From: Patescibacteria group bacterium
GTDB lineage: Bacteria > Patescibacteriota > Minisyncoccia > JAHIHE01 > JAGLIN01
Assembly (NCBI GenBank): GCA_034659355.1
Contig: JAYEHC010000045.1
Location: 1 to 39,502 of the forward strand
Length of the DNA: 39,502 bases
Direction of reading: 5' to 3'
How positions within the stretch are numbered: the stretch's first letter is position 1; every line of letters begins with the position of its first letter. Below, one piece after another: positions 25,865 to 36,131 of the stretch. The notes beneath the pieces were generated by a model. The model was not told the DNA's origin. It saw only the letters and a list, made by a program, of their open reading frames with translations, and searched no databases. The translations under genes were made by a program, and so were the position numbers.

Positions 25865-26021
25865 TAGGCTCTGCTGATTTTCATCTATTTTTTATAAAAA
25901 GAGATAAACTTAAATATGCCTTAAAAAAATAATTCAGCTTGTTTTAACTAATCCTATCCGGAACTCCTCCCTAACTCCCTTTTACAAAGGGGGAACAATT
26001 AGAGAAAATCAGCAGAGCCTA
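25865..26021. repeat. family D MITE (157 bp)
   Basis: TAGGCTCTGCTGATTTTCATC...GAGAAAATCAGCAGAGCCTA, between map and the LCP gene. Confidence 0.88.
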
Positions 26022-26082
26022 TTTACACAACGCCTAAAAAATGTAAAAATAGAGTGTGAGAAATTAAACCAGTTTATAATCT

Positions 26083-27225
26083 ATGACATATTATCCTCCC
26101 AAAAAACAATTTGATTTAGAGAGAATAATGAGAGAAGATATTGATTCTTCTAATTCTAGATATACAAAAAAGGAACGCAAGAAAAAATTGCCATTAAGGA
26201 AAATGACAGCTGTTTTGGGAGTGTTTATTTTAGCGGTAATTATTTCAGGGGGGTATTTTGCGTATAAGACAAGCTCAACATTTGATAAAGTAACTGGGGA
26301 GCAAAATTCTTTTGTAAAAAGCATTATAATGATGCTGCCGCTTAGCGATAAATTTTTTCAAATACTTCCCGTTGAGGGAGATGAAGGCTCTGTGATGGAT
26401 CGGTTAAAAAATAATAAATTAGAAAGACTAAATATTCTCTTGCTTGGGATTAGAGGCGTTAACGATCCGAATGGCGGACTTTTAACAGACACGCTAATGA
26501 TTATGAGCGTTAAACCGCAAACGGGCGAGGTCGCGTTGATTTCAATTCCGAGAGATCTTTTCGTGGAGATGCTGTATTCTGATCACAAAAATAAAATAAA
26601 TGAAGCGTACGCGCTTGGAATAAAAAATGATCAGCATTGGAAAGGCGGTTTAAAATATAGCAAAGAAGCAATCGCGGATGTCACAGGGCTTGATATTCAC
26701 TATGTTGCCAGTATTGATTTTGAAGCGTTTAAGGAAATAATAAATACGTTAGGCGGAATCACAATAACTTTAAACAAACCGTTTTTAGAGACAGATCAAT
26801 TTGCGGAAGGGGTGATTGAACTTCCCGCCGGCAGGCAAGTTATAGACGGAGACACGGCGTTGCTTTTTGTCCGAGCAAGATTTAGTTCCAGCGATTTTGA
26901 TAGAGCAAGACGGCAACAGCAGGTTCTTTTGGCGGTTAAAGAAAAAGCGTTTAGCTTGGGGGTTGTGTCCAATCCAATCAAAATAATATCAATTTTAAAT
27001 TCTATCGGAAATCATGTCCGGACCGATATGGAACTTTGGGAGATTCAAGAAATTGCCTTGATGTCAAATAGAATAGATACTTCAAATATGAAAAGAAAAG
27101 TTTTTAGCACCGGAAAAGACGGATTGCTCTATGCTTCGCGAGACAGTAAAGGTTCATATATTCTTTTGCCGGAAGGAGGAAGTTTTGATAAAATTCGGGA
27201 AGTTTGTCAGGGGATTTTTGATTGA
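26083..27225 (+). CDS. LytR-CpsA-Psr (LCP) family protein
   Basis: N-terminal TM helix, then NILLLGIRG...TDTLMIMSV...ISIPRDL and FDRARRQQQVL motifs. Confidence 0.88.
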   Translation: MTYYPPKKQFDLERIMREDIDSSNSRYTKKERKKKLPLRKMTAVLGVFILAVIISGGYFAYKTSSTFDKVTGEQNSFVKSIIMMLPLSDKFFQILPVEGDEGSVMDRLKNNKLERLNILLLGIRGVNDPNGGLLTDTLMIMSVKPQTGEVALISIPRDLFVEMLYSDHKNKINEAYALGIKNDQHWKGGLKYSKEAIADVTGLDIHYVASIDFEAFKEIINTLGGITITLNKPFLETDQFAEGVIELPAGRQVIDGDTALLFVRARFSSSDFDRARRQQQVLLAVKEKAFSLGVVSNPIKIISILNSIGNHVRTDMELWEIQEIALMSNRIDTSNMKRKVFSTGKDGLLYASRDSKGSYILLPEGGSFDKIREVCQGIFD

Positions 27226-27237
27226 TGTTTTATTATT

Positions 27238-27392
27238 AGACTTTCGTTGGCTCCAGTCTCCTGACTGGAGCCCCTTGTGCAAACAATAAACCGTATCTAT
27301 GCCTGTGTAGAATAAAGATTGTTGTTAATAGGATTGTCTAATGAAATGAATAACAGGCTCCAGTCAGGAGACTGGAGCCAACGAATCAGTCT
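27238..27392. repeat. family F MITE (GGCTCC hairpin termini)
   Basis: AGACTTTCGTTGGCTCCAGTCTCCTGACTGGAGCC ... GGCTCCAGTCAGGAGACTGGAGCCAACGAATCAGTCT, between the LCP gene and ctpA. Confidence 0.85.
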
Positions 27393-27435
27393 TTTGACCG
27401 AAGCCAACAAATAAAAAATATAAATTTCACATTTT

Positions 27436-28629
27436 ATGAAAAAATTTATTTCAATATTTCTAATCTTAATAAGTTTCAGCATCGGTTTTGCTGTGAGCGA
27501 TTTTTTTAATTCCCTAAACAACAAGGAAAACATAACCGGGCTGGTAAATTTAGATAGCGATGAGAATAATGCAATTGAAGACAAAGCGGACTTTAGCCTT
27601 TTTTGGGATGCTTGGAAAATGATAGAAGACGACTATACGATTGAACAGTTGGATTATCAAAAAATGGTTCACGGCGCGATTTCGGGGATGGTTGATTCGT
27701 TGGACGATCCTTATACTGTATTTTTAACTCCGGAAGAAAATAAAATGTTCAATCAGGATATGAGCGGAAAATTTGGCGGGATTGGCGCGGAAATTGGATT
27801 TAGAGACGGACTTTTAACAATTATTGCTCCTTTGAAGAACAGCCCTGCCGAGAGAGCTGGCTTGTTGCCGGGAGATATAGTATTAGAAGTTGATGGAGAA
27901 GAAATTATCGGAGCGAATATAGATAAAGCAGTTTATTTTATCAGAGGAGAGAAGGGGACCAAAGTTATTCTAACAATAAGCCGTGAAGGACTGGACGAAT
28001 TAAAAGAAATTGAAATTACAAGAGATATTATAACGGTGGAAACTGTAGAATGGGAAATGCTGGAAAATAATATCGCCTATATTAATATCAGCCAGTTTAA
28101 TGAAGATACGGCTTTTGAGTTTGATAATTATATTAATGATATCCTTATTGAAAATCCCAAAGGCATAATTCTTGATTTGAGAAATAATTCTGGAGGTTAT
28201 CTTACCGTTGCCAATAAGATAACAAGCAGGTTTGTTGATCGCGACGAGGTCATAGTTATTGAAAGTTATAAAGACAAAGAAGAAATTCACAAATCAGAAG
28301 GAGGGCGGAGGTTTAGCGGAATTCCAATTGCGGTTTTGATTAACGAAGGAAGCGCCAGCGCGTCTGAAATTTTGGCTGGGGCATTAAAAGATAACGGCAA
28401 AGCGAAATTGGTTGGCGAAAAAACATTTGGAAAAGGACTGGTTCAAATAATGGAAGATTTAAAAGACGGTTCGGCGATCAAAATTTCTATTTCCAGATGG
28501 CTGACGCCGAATAGAATTGACATAAACGAGAATGGCATTGAACCGGACTTTGAAGTAGAATTGACTTTGGAAGATTATCTGAATGAAAGAGATCCGCAGT
28601 TGGAAAAAGCGTTGGAAATATTGAAGTAG
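27436..28629 (+). CDS. ctpA: S41 family carboxy-terminal processing peptidase
   Basis: PDZ segment (GGIGAEI...SPAERAGLLPGDIVLEVDG), LDLRNNSGG, and GSASASEILAGALKD...GEKTFGKG. Confidence 0.92.
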   Translation: MKKFISIFLILISFSIGFAVSDFFNSLNNKENITGLVNLDSDENNAIEDKADFSLFWDAWKMIEDDYTIEQLDYQKMVHGAISGMVDSLDDPYTVFLTPEENKMFNQDMSGKFGGIGAEIGFRDGLLTIIAPLKNSPAERAGLLPGDIVLEVDGEEIIGANIDKAVYFIRGEKGTKVILTISREGLDELKEIEITRDIITVETVEWEMLENNIAYINISQFNEDTAFEFDNYINDILIENPKGIILDLRNNSGGYLTVANKITSRFVDRDEVIVIESYKDKEEIHKSEGGRRFSGIPIAVLINEGSASASEILAGALKDNGKAKLVGEKTFGKGLVQIMEDLKDGSAIKISISRWLTPNRIDINENGIEPDFEVELTLEDYLNERDPQLEKALEILK

Positions 28630-28976
28630 ATATAAAGGGATAGGTTTTAATTCTCCGGAAATCAACTTATCCCTTGACATAGTTTTGCGGGCGTGATAAG
28701 TTTATTAGAGGAATCGTGACTTTTTATATTTTAGACTTTTTGTTTAGTAATTCTTTGTTAAGCGAAGATAAACTTTTTAACCCTAAGAAACGGTGAATTT
28801 AGAACATAAAGTTTGAGGGAAAGAAAAAGATTAGAGTTATATCAAATAATCCAGACTTATTAAGAAACTGCTCAAAAGATGCAGGTGTTGTTTGTGATAA
28901 AAAGAGAAAAGAGATAACAAAGAAAGTTTTTTACGGATTAACCTCATTTCTTAAAAAAAATATTACCGTTTTTGCG

Positions 28977-30083
28977 GTGGTTTTTTTATTGAGTTGCGTT
29001 TCAGCGGCAAATAATTCTTTCAGTTATAATTTTCAAGTGGGGAGTATTTTATTTATGCATCTTGATGGAAAAGGGGACAATGAAAGCGAAAAAGAAAGTA
29101 TCATTGTAAGGGATACTGAGATTAGAAGCGCTGGTGAGAGTTATATTCCCATTGTAAAAATTGCCAGCGCCAATTCAAATTTTGCGGGATATATAAAAGT
29201 AAATCAAGATGAAGATGATAATTTGAGTACTAACAACAGTGAATTAGATAACTTGCTTGTTGACTATAATACTATTTCTCCTGTTCTTGTTCAAACAAAT
29301 TCGTTTATAGCGCCGTCGGTTTATTATGATGATTCACTGGAAAATTTTAAATATGGAATAACAAAATATAAAGTTGAACCGGGCGATTCTCCAGGATCAA
29401 TTGCGGCATCGTTTGGAATTTCAACCTATACTCTCCTGTGGGCGAATAATTTAAAAGTTGGAGATATTATAAAACCCGAACAGGAGCTTGAGGTGTTGCC
29501 AATTTCAGGAGTGAAGCATATTGTTAAAAAGTCGGATACGATTGAGAGTATCGCTGTTAAATATAAAGCTGATCAAGATGAAATTACAATGTATAACAAA
29601 TTGCCTGCGTTGGAAGACGAAGCTTTGGTTGAAGGAAAAGTGTTGATAGTTCCAAATGGAGAAAAAGCGGCTCCTGTTAAACCAAAACCACAAATAAGGA
29701 GCGCGGGAAGCAAAGTTATTTCATCATCCAAATATGCTTATAATACTTCTGGTAACACCAGCGCCAGCAAAAGTCGCAGATTTCCTTATGGATATTGCAC
29801 TTACTATGTGGCGAGCAGAACTTATGTTCCTTGGAATGGACACGCAAAATCGTGGTTGACAAATTCAAGAGCGTATGGATTTAGAACCGGAAGCGTTCCC
29901 GTTGCCGGATCAATAGTTGTCACAACAGAAAATAGATGGTATGGGCATGTGGCTTTCGTTGAAGCAGTTCACAGTAATACAATTACTGTCTCGGAAATGA
30001 ATTATGTCGGATGGGGAAGAAAAAGCGTCAGGACCATACCAATAAATAGCTATAAAATAAAAGGATATGTCTATGCAAAATAA
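28977..30083 (+). CDS. LysM-repeat / CHAP-domain peptidoglycan hydrolase
   Basis: Two LysM repeats (YKVEPGDSPGSIAASFGIS; HIVKKSDTIESIAVKY). C-terminal CHAP domain with YGYCTYYV (Cys) and WYGHVAFVE (His). The GTG start is uncertain. Confidence 0.85.
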   Translation: MVFLLSCVSAANNSFSYNFQVGSILFMHLDGKGDNESEKESIIVRDTEIRSAGESYIPIVKIASANSNFAGYIKVNQDEDDNLSTNNSELDNLLVDYNTISPVLVQTNSFIAPSVYYDDSLENFKYGITKYKVEPGDSPGSIAASFGISTYTLLWANNLKVGDIIKPEQELEVLPISGVKHIVKKSDTIESIAVKYKADQDEITMYNKLPALEDEALVEGKVLIVPNGEKAAPVKPKPQIRSAGSKVISSSKYAYNTSGNTSASKSRRFPYGYCTYYVASRTYVPWNGHAKSWLTNSRAYGFRTGSVPVAGSIVVTTENRWYGHVAFVEAVHSNTITVSEMNYVGWGRKSVRTIPINSYKIKGYVYAK

Positions 30084-30180
30084 TATATTTTAACTTGTTT
30101 ATAAAAAATGCTGTTTTGGTAGATAGCGTTTTTTATTTTGCTTATTTGAAAAATTTCCAACAGTGTGCTATTCTAAACTT

Positions 30181-32001
30181 ATGTTAAACAAAGAGATCAA
30201 AAGGATTATTAATAGAGCGGCGGGAGATTTGTATCAGGATATGGAAATCCCTGGTTTTGTTGTGGAATATCCGCAGGATAAGAAATTTGGCGATTACGCT
30301 TCTAATATCGCAATGGTTTTGGCAGGAAAACTAAACAAAAATCCGCTGGAAGTTGCTGAAGAAATTAAGGATAAAATTAGAGCAATTTGCAAAAATGGCG
30401 AGAGTTCGCTACGATCCTCTGCTGAGAGGCTGCAACGGGGCAATGGAACGAGCGACAAAAGCAATGAACCCGAGAATTTGTTTGCTGAAATAACAATTGC
30501 CAAACCGGGATTTATTAATTTTAGAATTTCCGACAAGTATCTTAGAAAAAACCTGTGTAAAATTTTAAAGGGGAAATGTAAATTTGGATCTTCTGATTTA
30601 GGAAAAGATAAAACTGTTTTGATTGATTATTCCGCTCCGAATATTGCCAAGCCAATGCATATTGGACATTTGCGATCAACAATAATCGGACAGTCGCTTT
30701 ACAATATCTATGAGTTTTTAGGATACAAAGTAATTAGCGATAATCATCTTGGCGACTGGGGAACGCAGTTTGGAAAATTAATTTATGCTTACAAAAATTG
30801 GGGCGACAAGAAAAAAATTAGTAAAAATCCAATTGAAGAAATGACCAAGCTTTATGTGCAGTTTCACAAAGAAGCGAAAAGCAGAAAAAGTTTAGAAGAG
30901 TTTGCCAGAGAAGAAACAAAGCGTTTACAAAATAAAAATAGCGAAAATATAAAAATCTGGAAATTTCTAGTTAAGAAAAGCTTGAAAGATTTCAAGAAAA
31001 TATACAAAACACTGAATATTAAGTTTGATTATACTTTAGGCGAAAGTTTTTATGATAATTTATTGGCGGGAATAGTAAAAGAAGGCTTGGATAAAAAAAT
31101 CGCCTTTCAGAGCGAAGGCGCGATTGTTGTTAATCTTGATCAATATAACTTAACCCCGCTTTTAATTAAAAAAAGTGATGGCGCTTATTTATACGCGACT
31201 ACCGATTTGGCGGCGATAAAATATAGAAAAGAAAAATTCAATCCAAACGAAATTTTATATATTGTTGCTAATGAGCAGGAGTTTTATCTTCAACAACTGT
31301 TTGCGTCTGCTGAGCTGTTTGGGTTAAACGGGGAAATTGAAATGAAACATATTAAATTCGGAATGGTTTTGGGAGAAACTGGCAAGAAATTTTCTACGAG
31401 AAAAGGAGAGACAGTGAAACTTAAAGAGGTTATCAGTAAATCAATTAAGTTTTCTCAAGAGATAATTGAAGAAAAAAATCCAAAACTAAGCAAGAAAGAA
31501 AAAAAGAAAATAGCCAAAGTTGTCGGTCTTGGCGCGATTAAATACAACGACTTGTCTCAAAATAGATTAACCGATATTGTTTTCAACTGGGATAAAATGC
31601 TTTCTTTTGACGGTAATAGCGCGCCTTATTTACAATATACTTGCGCGAGAATAAAATCTCTGAAAAGAAAATATAACAAACTTTATAAACTTGACCGAGT
31701 AAATATCTTTGACAATCCGAATTTTAAATTACTGGAAAAAGGGATAGAAAAAGATATTATGCGACAGCTGATTAAATTTCCGGAAATGGTTGAAAACGCC
31801 GCTCGAGAAAATTCCCCGCACCTAATCGCTTCCTATATTTATGAGATTGCTTCTCTTTACAACAATTTTTACAATTCCGCGCCAATTTTGAAGACAGATA
31901 AAAAATTGGCGAAAGCGAGAATCTATTTATCCAAGTCAGTAATGATTACAATTGGGAATGGATTAAGTTTGCTGGGAATTGAAACATTGGAAAGAATGTA
32001 A
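30181..32001 (+). CDS. argS: arginine--tRNA ligase
   Basis: SAPNIAKPMHIGHLRSTIIG (HIGH motif), FSTRKG (KMSKS-like) and a DALR-type C-terminus. Start refined to the ATG at 30181. Confidence 0.95.
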   Translation: MLNKEIKRIINRAAGDLYQDMEIPGFVVEYPQDKKFGDYASNIAMVLAGKLNKNPLEVAEEIKDKIRAICKNGESSLRSSAERLQRGNGTSDKSNEPENLFAEITIAKPGFINFRISDKYLRKNLCKILKGKCKFGSSDLGKDKTVLIDYSAPNIAKPMHIGHLRSTIIGQSLYNIYEFLGYKVISDNHLGDWGTQFGKLIYAYKNWGDKKKISKNPIEEMTKLYVQFHKEAKSRKSLEEFAREETKRLQNKNSENIKIWKFLVKKSLKDFKKIYKTLNIKFDYTLGESFYDNLLAGIVKEGLDKKIAFQSEGAIVVNLDQYNLTPLLIKKSDGAYLYATTDLAAIKYRKEKFNPNEILYIVANEQEFYLQQLFASAELFGLNGEIEMKHIKFGMVLGETGKKFSTRKGETVKLKEVISKSIKFSQEIIEEKNPKLSKKEKKKIAKVVGLGAIKYNDLSQNRLTDIVFNWDKMLSFDGNSAPYLQYTCARIKSLKRKYNKLYKLDRVNIFDNPNFKLLEKGIEKDIMRQLIKFPEMVENAARENSPHLIASYIYEIASLYNNFYNSAPILKTDKKLAKARIYLSKSVMITIGNGLSLLGIETLERM

Positions 32002-32060
32002 TAGAGATGAGATAGCGTTTTATCTTTAAACTCGCGTCTTCTTAACTACTAAAAACTAGA

Positions 32061-32750
32061 ATGAATTTTAACCCCAACCCGGATAAAAATTTAATTATCA
32101 AAACGAAATATGGAGAATTTTATAGATATCCGATTAAAACGTGTTTGATAGAACCGGAAGATAATTTATTAGAACTAATTAAAAAATACGCGTTGCCCCA
32201 TCTTGAAAAAGACGATTTGCTTTTTATCAGCGAGAAAATTGTTGCGGTTGTACAAAACAGATCATATAAAATTTCAGAAATTAAACCGTCTAAGCTAGCT
32301 GTTTTCCTAAGCAAATTTGTTTATAAAAATCCTAGCGGGATTGGTTTGGCGATGCCAGAAACTATGCAGTTGGCAATTGAAGAAGCGGGAGCTCTGAGAA
32401 TTTTGCTAGCGTCATTTTGCGCCGTGATTACCAAACCGTTGAAAATCAAAGGAGTTTTTTATATGGTAGCTGGCGATGGAGCGCGGACAATAGACGGTCC
32501 GGTGTCTTACGCAATTCCTCCCTATAATGAATATGCCAGCAAAGGACCAAAAAATCCGCAAAAAGTTACGGACAAGATTGAAAAAGAAATTGGATTTAAA
32601 ACGGCGATTATTGACGCCAATGATTTGGGAATAAATATTCTAGGACATAGCAAGGGAATTAAAAAGAAAATGTTGATTGAAGCATTAAAAGATAATCCTC
32701 TTGGGCAATCAGACGAATCAACGCCACTGGGGATACTAAGAAAAAAATAA
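32061..32750 (+). CDS. CofE-like (F420-0:gamma-glutamyl ligase family) protein
   Basis: DDLLFISEKIVAVVQNR... resembles the CofE/COG1478 N-terminal region. Assignment made from memory of the family only. Confidence 0.4.
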   Translation: MNFNPNPDKNLIIKTKYGEFYRYPIKTCLIEPEDNLLELIKKYALPHLEKDDLLFISEKIVAVVQNRSYKISEIKPSKLAVFLSKFVYKNPSGIGLAMPETMQLAIEEAGALRILLASFCAVITKPLKIKGVFYMVAGDGARTIDGPVSYAIPPYNEYASKGPKNPQKVTDKIEKEIGFKTAIIDANDLGINILGHSKGIKKKMLIEALKDNPLGQSDESTPLGILRKK

Positions 32751-32797
32751 ACAGGAACAGTTGGAGAAAATTAGGAGTTCCTAAATAATTAAAAAAA

Positions 32798-33967
32798 ATG
32801 AAAAAAATATATCTTGATTACGCGGCAACTACGCCAGTGGACAAAAAAGTATTAAATGAAATGATGCCTTATTTTAGCGAAAAGTTTGGCAATCCTTCCA
32901 GTATTCACAGTTTTGGCGGGGAAGCGTTGGAAGCGGTTGAAAAAGCGAGACAGCAAGTCTCCGATTTTTTAAATTGCGCTTCTTCGGAAATATTTTTTAC
33001 GAGTGGCGCGACAGAAAGTAATAATTGGATAGTGAGCGGGATTATCAATAAAGCTAAAAGCCATATTATCACTTCATCTATTGAGCATCATTGCGTTTTA
33101 AATTCTTTTAAAACAGCGGAAAAAAACGGCGTTGAAGCAAGCTATTTAAAGGTGGACAAAGATGGGTTTGTTAATTTGGAAGATGTCAGAAAAGCGATTA
33201 AAGAAAATACGATTTTAATTTCTATTATGTACGCTAATAATGAAATTGGAACGATAGAGCCGATTGCTGAAATAGGAAAATTACTGAAGGAAATAAATTT
33301 AAAAAGAGAAGAGAGTAATCTACCAAGAATATATTTTCACACTGACGCGGTGCAGGCGGCGAATTATCTTGATTGCGATGTTGAAAAACTGGGAGTTGAT
33401 TTGCTTTCTTTGTCCAGCCATAAAATATACGGACCGAAGGGAGTTGGCGCGCTTTATATTAAGCGAGGAACAAAAATCAAAGCGGTTCAGCAGGGCGGTG
33501 GACAGGAAAATAATTTTCGTTCCGGTACGCACAACGCGCCGGGAATTGTCGGTTTTGGAAAAGCGATTTCTTTAATTCCTGAGAATAGAAAAAAGATGGA
33601 GGAAATAAAAAAACTGCGTGATTATTTAGTAGCTGAAATTTTGAAAAATATCCCGGAGTCATATCTTAACGGATCAAAAGAATTTCGTTTGCCGCATAAC
33701 GCCAATGTTAGTTTTGGCGGTGTTGAAGGAGAAAGCTTGTTAATGCTTCTTGATCAAGAAGGAATAGCCATCTCAACCGGTTCCGCTTGTTCATCGGCTT
33801 CTCTTCAGCTCTCCCATGTTTTAAGCGCGATAGGAGTTTCTCCGGAATTGTCTCATTCCAGTATCAGATTTACCTTAGGAAAGGAAACAACAAAAGAAGA
33901 AATAGATTATACGCTGAAAGTTTTGGCTGAGAAAATAGAAAAATTGAGAAAAATTTCAGGGATGTGA
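32798..33967 (+). CDS. iscS: cysteine desulfurase (NifS/IscS class V aminotransferase)
   Basis: IYLDYAATTP, the PLP-lysine motif SSHKIYGPKG, and the active-site loop GSACSS. Confidence 0.93.
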   Translation: MKKIYLDYAATTPVDKKVLNEMMPYFSEKFGNPSSIHSFGGEALEAVEKARQQVSDFLNCASSEIFFTSGATESNNWIVSGIINKAKSHIITSSIEHHCVLNSFKTAEKNGVEASYLKVDKDGFVNLEDVRKAIKENTILISIMYANNEIGTIEPIAEIGKLLKEINLKREESNLPRIYFHTDAVQAANYLDCDVEKLGVDLLSLSSHKIYGPKGVGALYIKRGTKIKAVQQGGGQENNFRSGTHNAPGIVGFGKAISLIPENRKKMEEIKKLRDYLVAEILKNIPESYLNGSKEFRLPHNANVSFGGVEGESLLMLLDQEGIAISTGSACSSASLQLSHVLSAIGVSPELSHSSIRFTLGKETTKEEIDYTLKVLAEKIEKLRKISGM

Positions 33968-33997
33968 AAATGTTTTAATATGCGATAGCCACTATTT

Positions 33998-34705
33998 ATG
34001 AAATTAATTTTTGACATTGAAACAATCGGGGAAGATTTTGACGCTCTTGATGAAATAACACAAGATGTTTTAACGCATTGGATTAGAAAAGATTCGTCAA
34101 ATGAAAAAGAATATCAAGCGGCGCTGGAAGATTTGAAAGACGGGTTGGGATTTTCTCCTTTGACGGGCGAGATAGTCGCGATTGGAGTTTTGGATGGCGA
34201 TGAAAACAAAGGAGCTGTTTATTTTCAATCACCGGACAAAGAAGAAAAAGAACTTGAGAAAGAGGGGATTAAATTCAAAGCGATGACAGAAAAAGAAATG
34301 CTGGAAAGTTTTTGGAAGATTGCCGAGAAGTATCAGGATTTTGTCAGTTTCAACGGTCGCGCGTTTGATGTTCCTTTTATGATAATCAGATCGGCTATTC
34401 ACGGAATCAAGCCAAGCAAAAATTTAATGTCAAACAGATATTTGAACAGCCAGATATTTAATGCCAAGCATATTGACTTGCTTGATCAGTTGACTTTTTA
34501 CGGCGCGGTCTACAGAAGAAAAGGCGGGCTGCATCTTTGGTGTCGGGCGTTCGGGATAAAAAGTCCGAAAGCGGATGGAGTTACCGGAGATGATGTCGGG
34601 AAATTATTTAAAGAGAAAAAGTTTTTTGATATTGCCAAATATAATGTCGGGGATTTGCGGGCAACAAAGGAGCTTTATAAATATTGGGAGAAGTATGTGA
34701 GATAG
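33998..34705 (+). CDS. RNase H-fold 3'-5' exonuclease (PolB-exonuclease-like, COG3298 type)
   Basis: ExoI FDIETIG, ExoII SFNGRAFDVPF and ExoIII YNVGDLRAT motifs. Confidence 0.65.
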   Translation: MKLIFDIETIGEDFDALDEITQDVLTHWIRKDSSNEKEYQAALEDLKDGLGFSPLTGEIVAIGVLDGDENKGAVYFQSPDKEEKELEKEGIKFKAMTEKEMLESFWKIAEKYQDFVSFNGRAFDVPFMIIRSAIHGIKPSKNLMSNRYLNSQIFNAKHIDLLDQLTFYGAVYRRKGGLHLWCRAFGIKSPKADGVTGDDVGKLFKEKKFFDIAKYNVGDLRATKELYKYWEKYVR

Positions 34706-34725
34706 ATTGTAATTTGTCATTCTGA

Positions 34726-35052
34726 ACTTGTTTCAGAATCTTCGTTATTTTAGGTTTTGACTTATATTATTTACATCATGCTTTTGCCTACGACACAAAT
34801 ACAATTATCTTTCTGTTTAACACAATCACTGCATTCCCAGTTTATTCAAATACCCAGTGATTTGTAGGTTTAATTAAGTATAGTGGTAATACCTTAAAAT
34901 TACTTTTTTTATTTCAATGTCTGATGCAGGATTTATCATTTATTGTAGCAGTGGATTCCTCCCGAAAGTTCTCGGGAGGAATGACAAATAGCTATTTTTA
35001 AAATAATACCACTATATAAAAAAAGTAGATTCCAAACCAAGTTCAGAATGAC
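34726..35052. repeat. family C MITE with a nested 35-nt hairpin unit
   Basis: The left 130 bp aligns with 24730-24860. The nested unit GTGGATTCCTCCCGAAAGTTCTCGGGAGGAATGAC lies at 34951-34985. Confidence 0.85.
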
Positions 35053-35075
35053 ATTAGATTTTTAACAATAAAAAT

Positions 35076-35390
35076 ATGATCATCACAACAACAGATGAAG
35101 TTCCAGGCAAGAATATTATCCGGACACTTGGACTTGTCAAAGGAAACACTGCCAGAGCGAGAAATGTCGGCAGAGATATTTTTGCTTTTGCTAAAAATAT
35201 TGTCGGAGGCGAAGTTATGGAGTATACAAAACTTATTGCGGAATCAAGAGAACAAGCAATAGACAGAATGAAAAAAGATGCGGAAAAAATGGGCGCGAAC
35301 GCGATTGTTTGTCTCAGGTTTTCCAGTACAACTATCAGCGGTGGGATTTCAGAAGTTTTGGTATACGGAACAGCGGTAAAAATTGAATAA
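35076..35390 (+). CDS. ybjQ: YbjQ/UPF0145 family protein
   Basis: 104 aa: MIITTTDEVPGK.I...GLV.G......N.GRD.......I.GGE...Y......R..A..RM...A...GANAIV..R. Confidence 0.88.
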   Translation: MIITTTDEVPGKNIIRTLGLVKGNTARARNVGRDIFAFAKNIVGGEVMEYTKLIAESREQAIDRMKKDAEKMGANAIVCLRFSSTTISGGISEVLVYGTAVKIE

Positions 35391-35438
35391 ATAAAAGAAA
35401 TGCCGGTAAAATTGCCGTTTAATGAGTGGTTCTTCTAG

Positions 35439-35467
35439 TTGACAAAGAAAAAATAGCTTGATATACT
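35439..35467 (+). promoter_or_regulatory. sigma70-type promoter for the abiEi-abiEii operon
   Basis: TTGACA, 17 nt spacer, TATACT, ending about 20 nt before the abiEi ATG. Confidence 0.5.
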
Positions 35468-35486
35468 GATTGGGTAAACTACAAAT

Positions 35487-36119
35487 ATGTTGTCATTATC
35501 TAAACAGAAAATTCAACCTTTAGCGGTCGCGGATGTTCTGCAGGAAAAGGGGATAGCGGTTTTTACTCCGCAGGAATTTAGCCGCTTCTTTAATACTTCT
35601 CCGCGACAGACACGCTATTTTTTAGAGGCGTACACCAAACGGTCATTTTTAGTGCGTCTGAAAAAGAATTTATACGCGCTCAAAACAAAATTGCCGAGCG
35701 AGGAGATCATTGCTAACGCGCTTTATAAACCGTCATACTTGTCGCTGGAATATGTTTTGTCGCGCCATGGCATTATTCCGGAATCAACATATAGCATTAC
35801 CTCAATTACCACAAGAGCCACGGCTGATTTTTCTGTGTTAGGAAAAGAGTTTTTATATAGAAAAATAAAAAAGGCGGCCTACATTGGATATGTGCCGGAA
35901 AAAATTGACGGAAAAACAATTTTTATCGCCGAACCGGAAAAAGCTCTGACTGATTATTTATATTTTGTATCTCTGGGGCGAAAAACTTTGAACAATCGCA
36001 TTGATGTTCGCCGGCTTAATAAAAAAAAGGCGCTGGTATATGCTAAACTATACCAGCGGAAAAATTTAAAAGAGCTTATTGAGCAGGTATGGGCGATGGC
36101 GCCGACCGTAATTAAATAA
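35487..36119 (+). CDS. abiEi: AbiEi-family antitoxin/transcriptional regulator (type IV TA)
   Basis: 210-aa protein immediately upstream of an AbiEii gene, at a 12-nt gap. The size and the N-terminal wHTH-like segment fit AbiEi. Confidence 0.7.
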   Translation: MLSLSKQKIQPLAVADVLQEKGIAVFTPQEFSRFFNTSPRQTRYFLEAYTKRSFLVRLKKNLYALKTKLPSEEIIANALYKPSYLSLEYVLSRHGIIPESTYSITSITTRATADFSVLGKEFLYRKIKKAAYIGYVPEKIDGKTIFIAEPEKALTDYLYFVSLGRKTLNNRIDVRRLNKKKALVYAKLYQRKNLKELIEQVWAMAPTVIK

Positions 36120-36131
36120 TTTTTTTACTGT

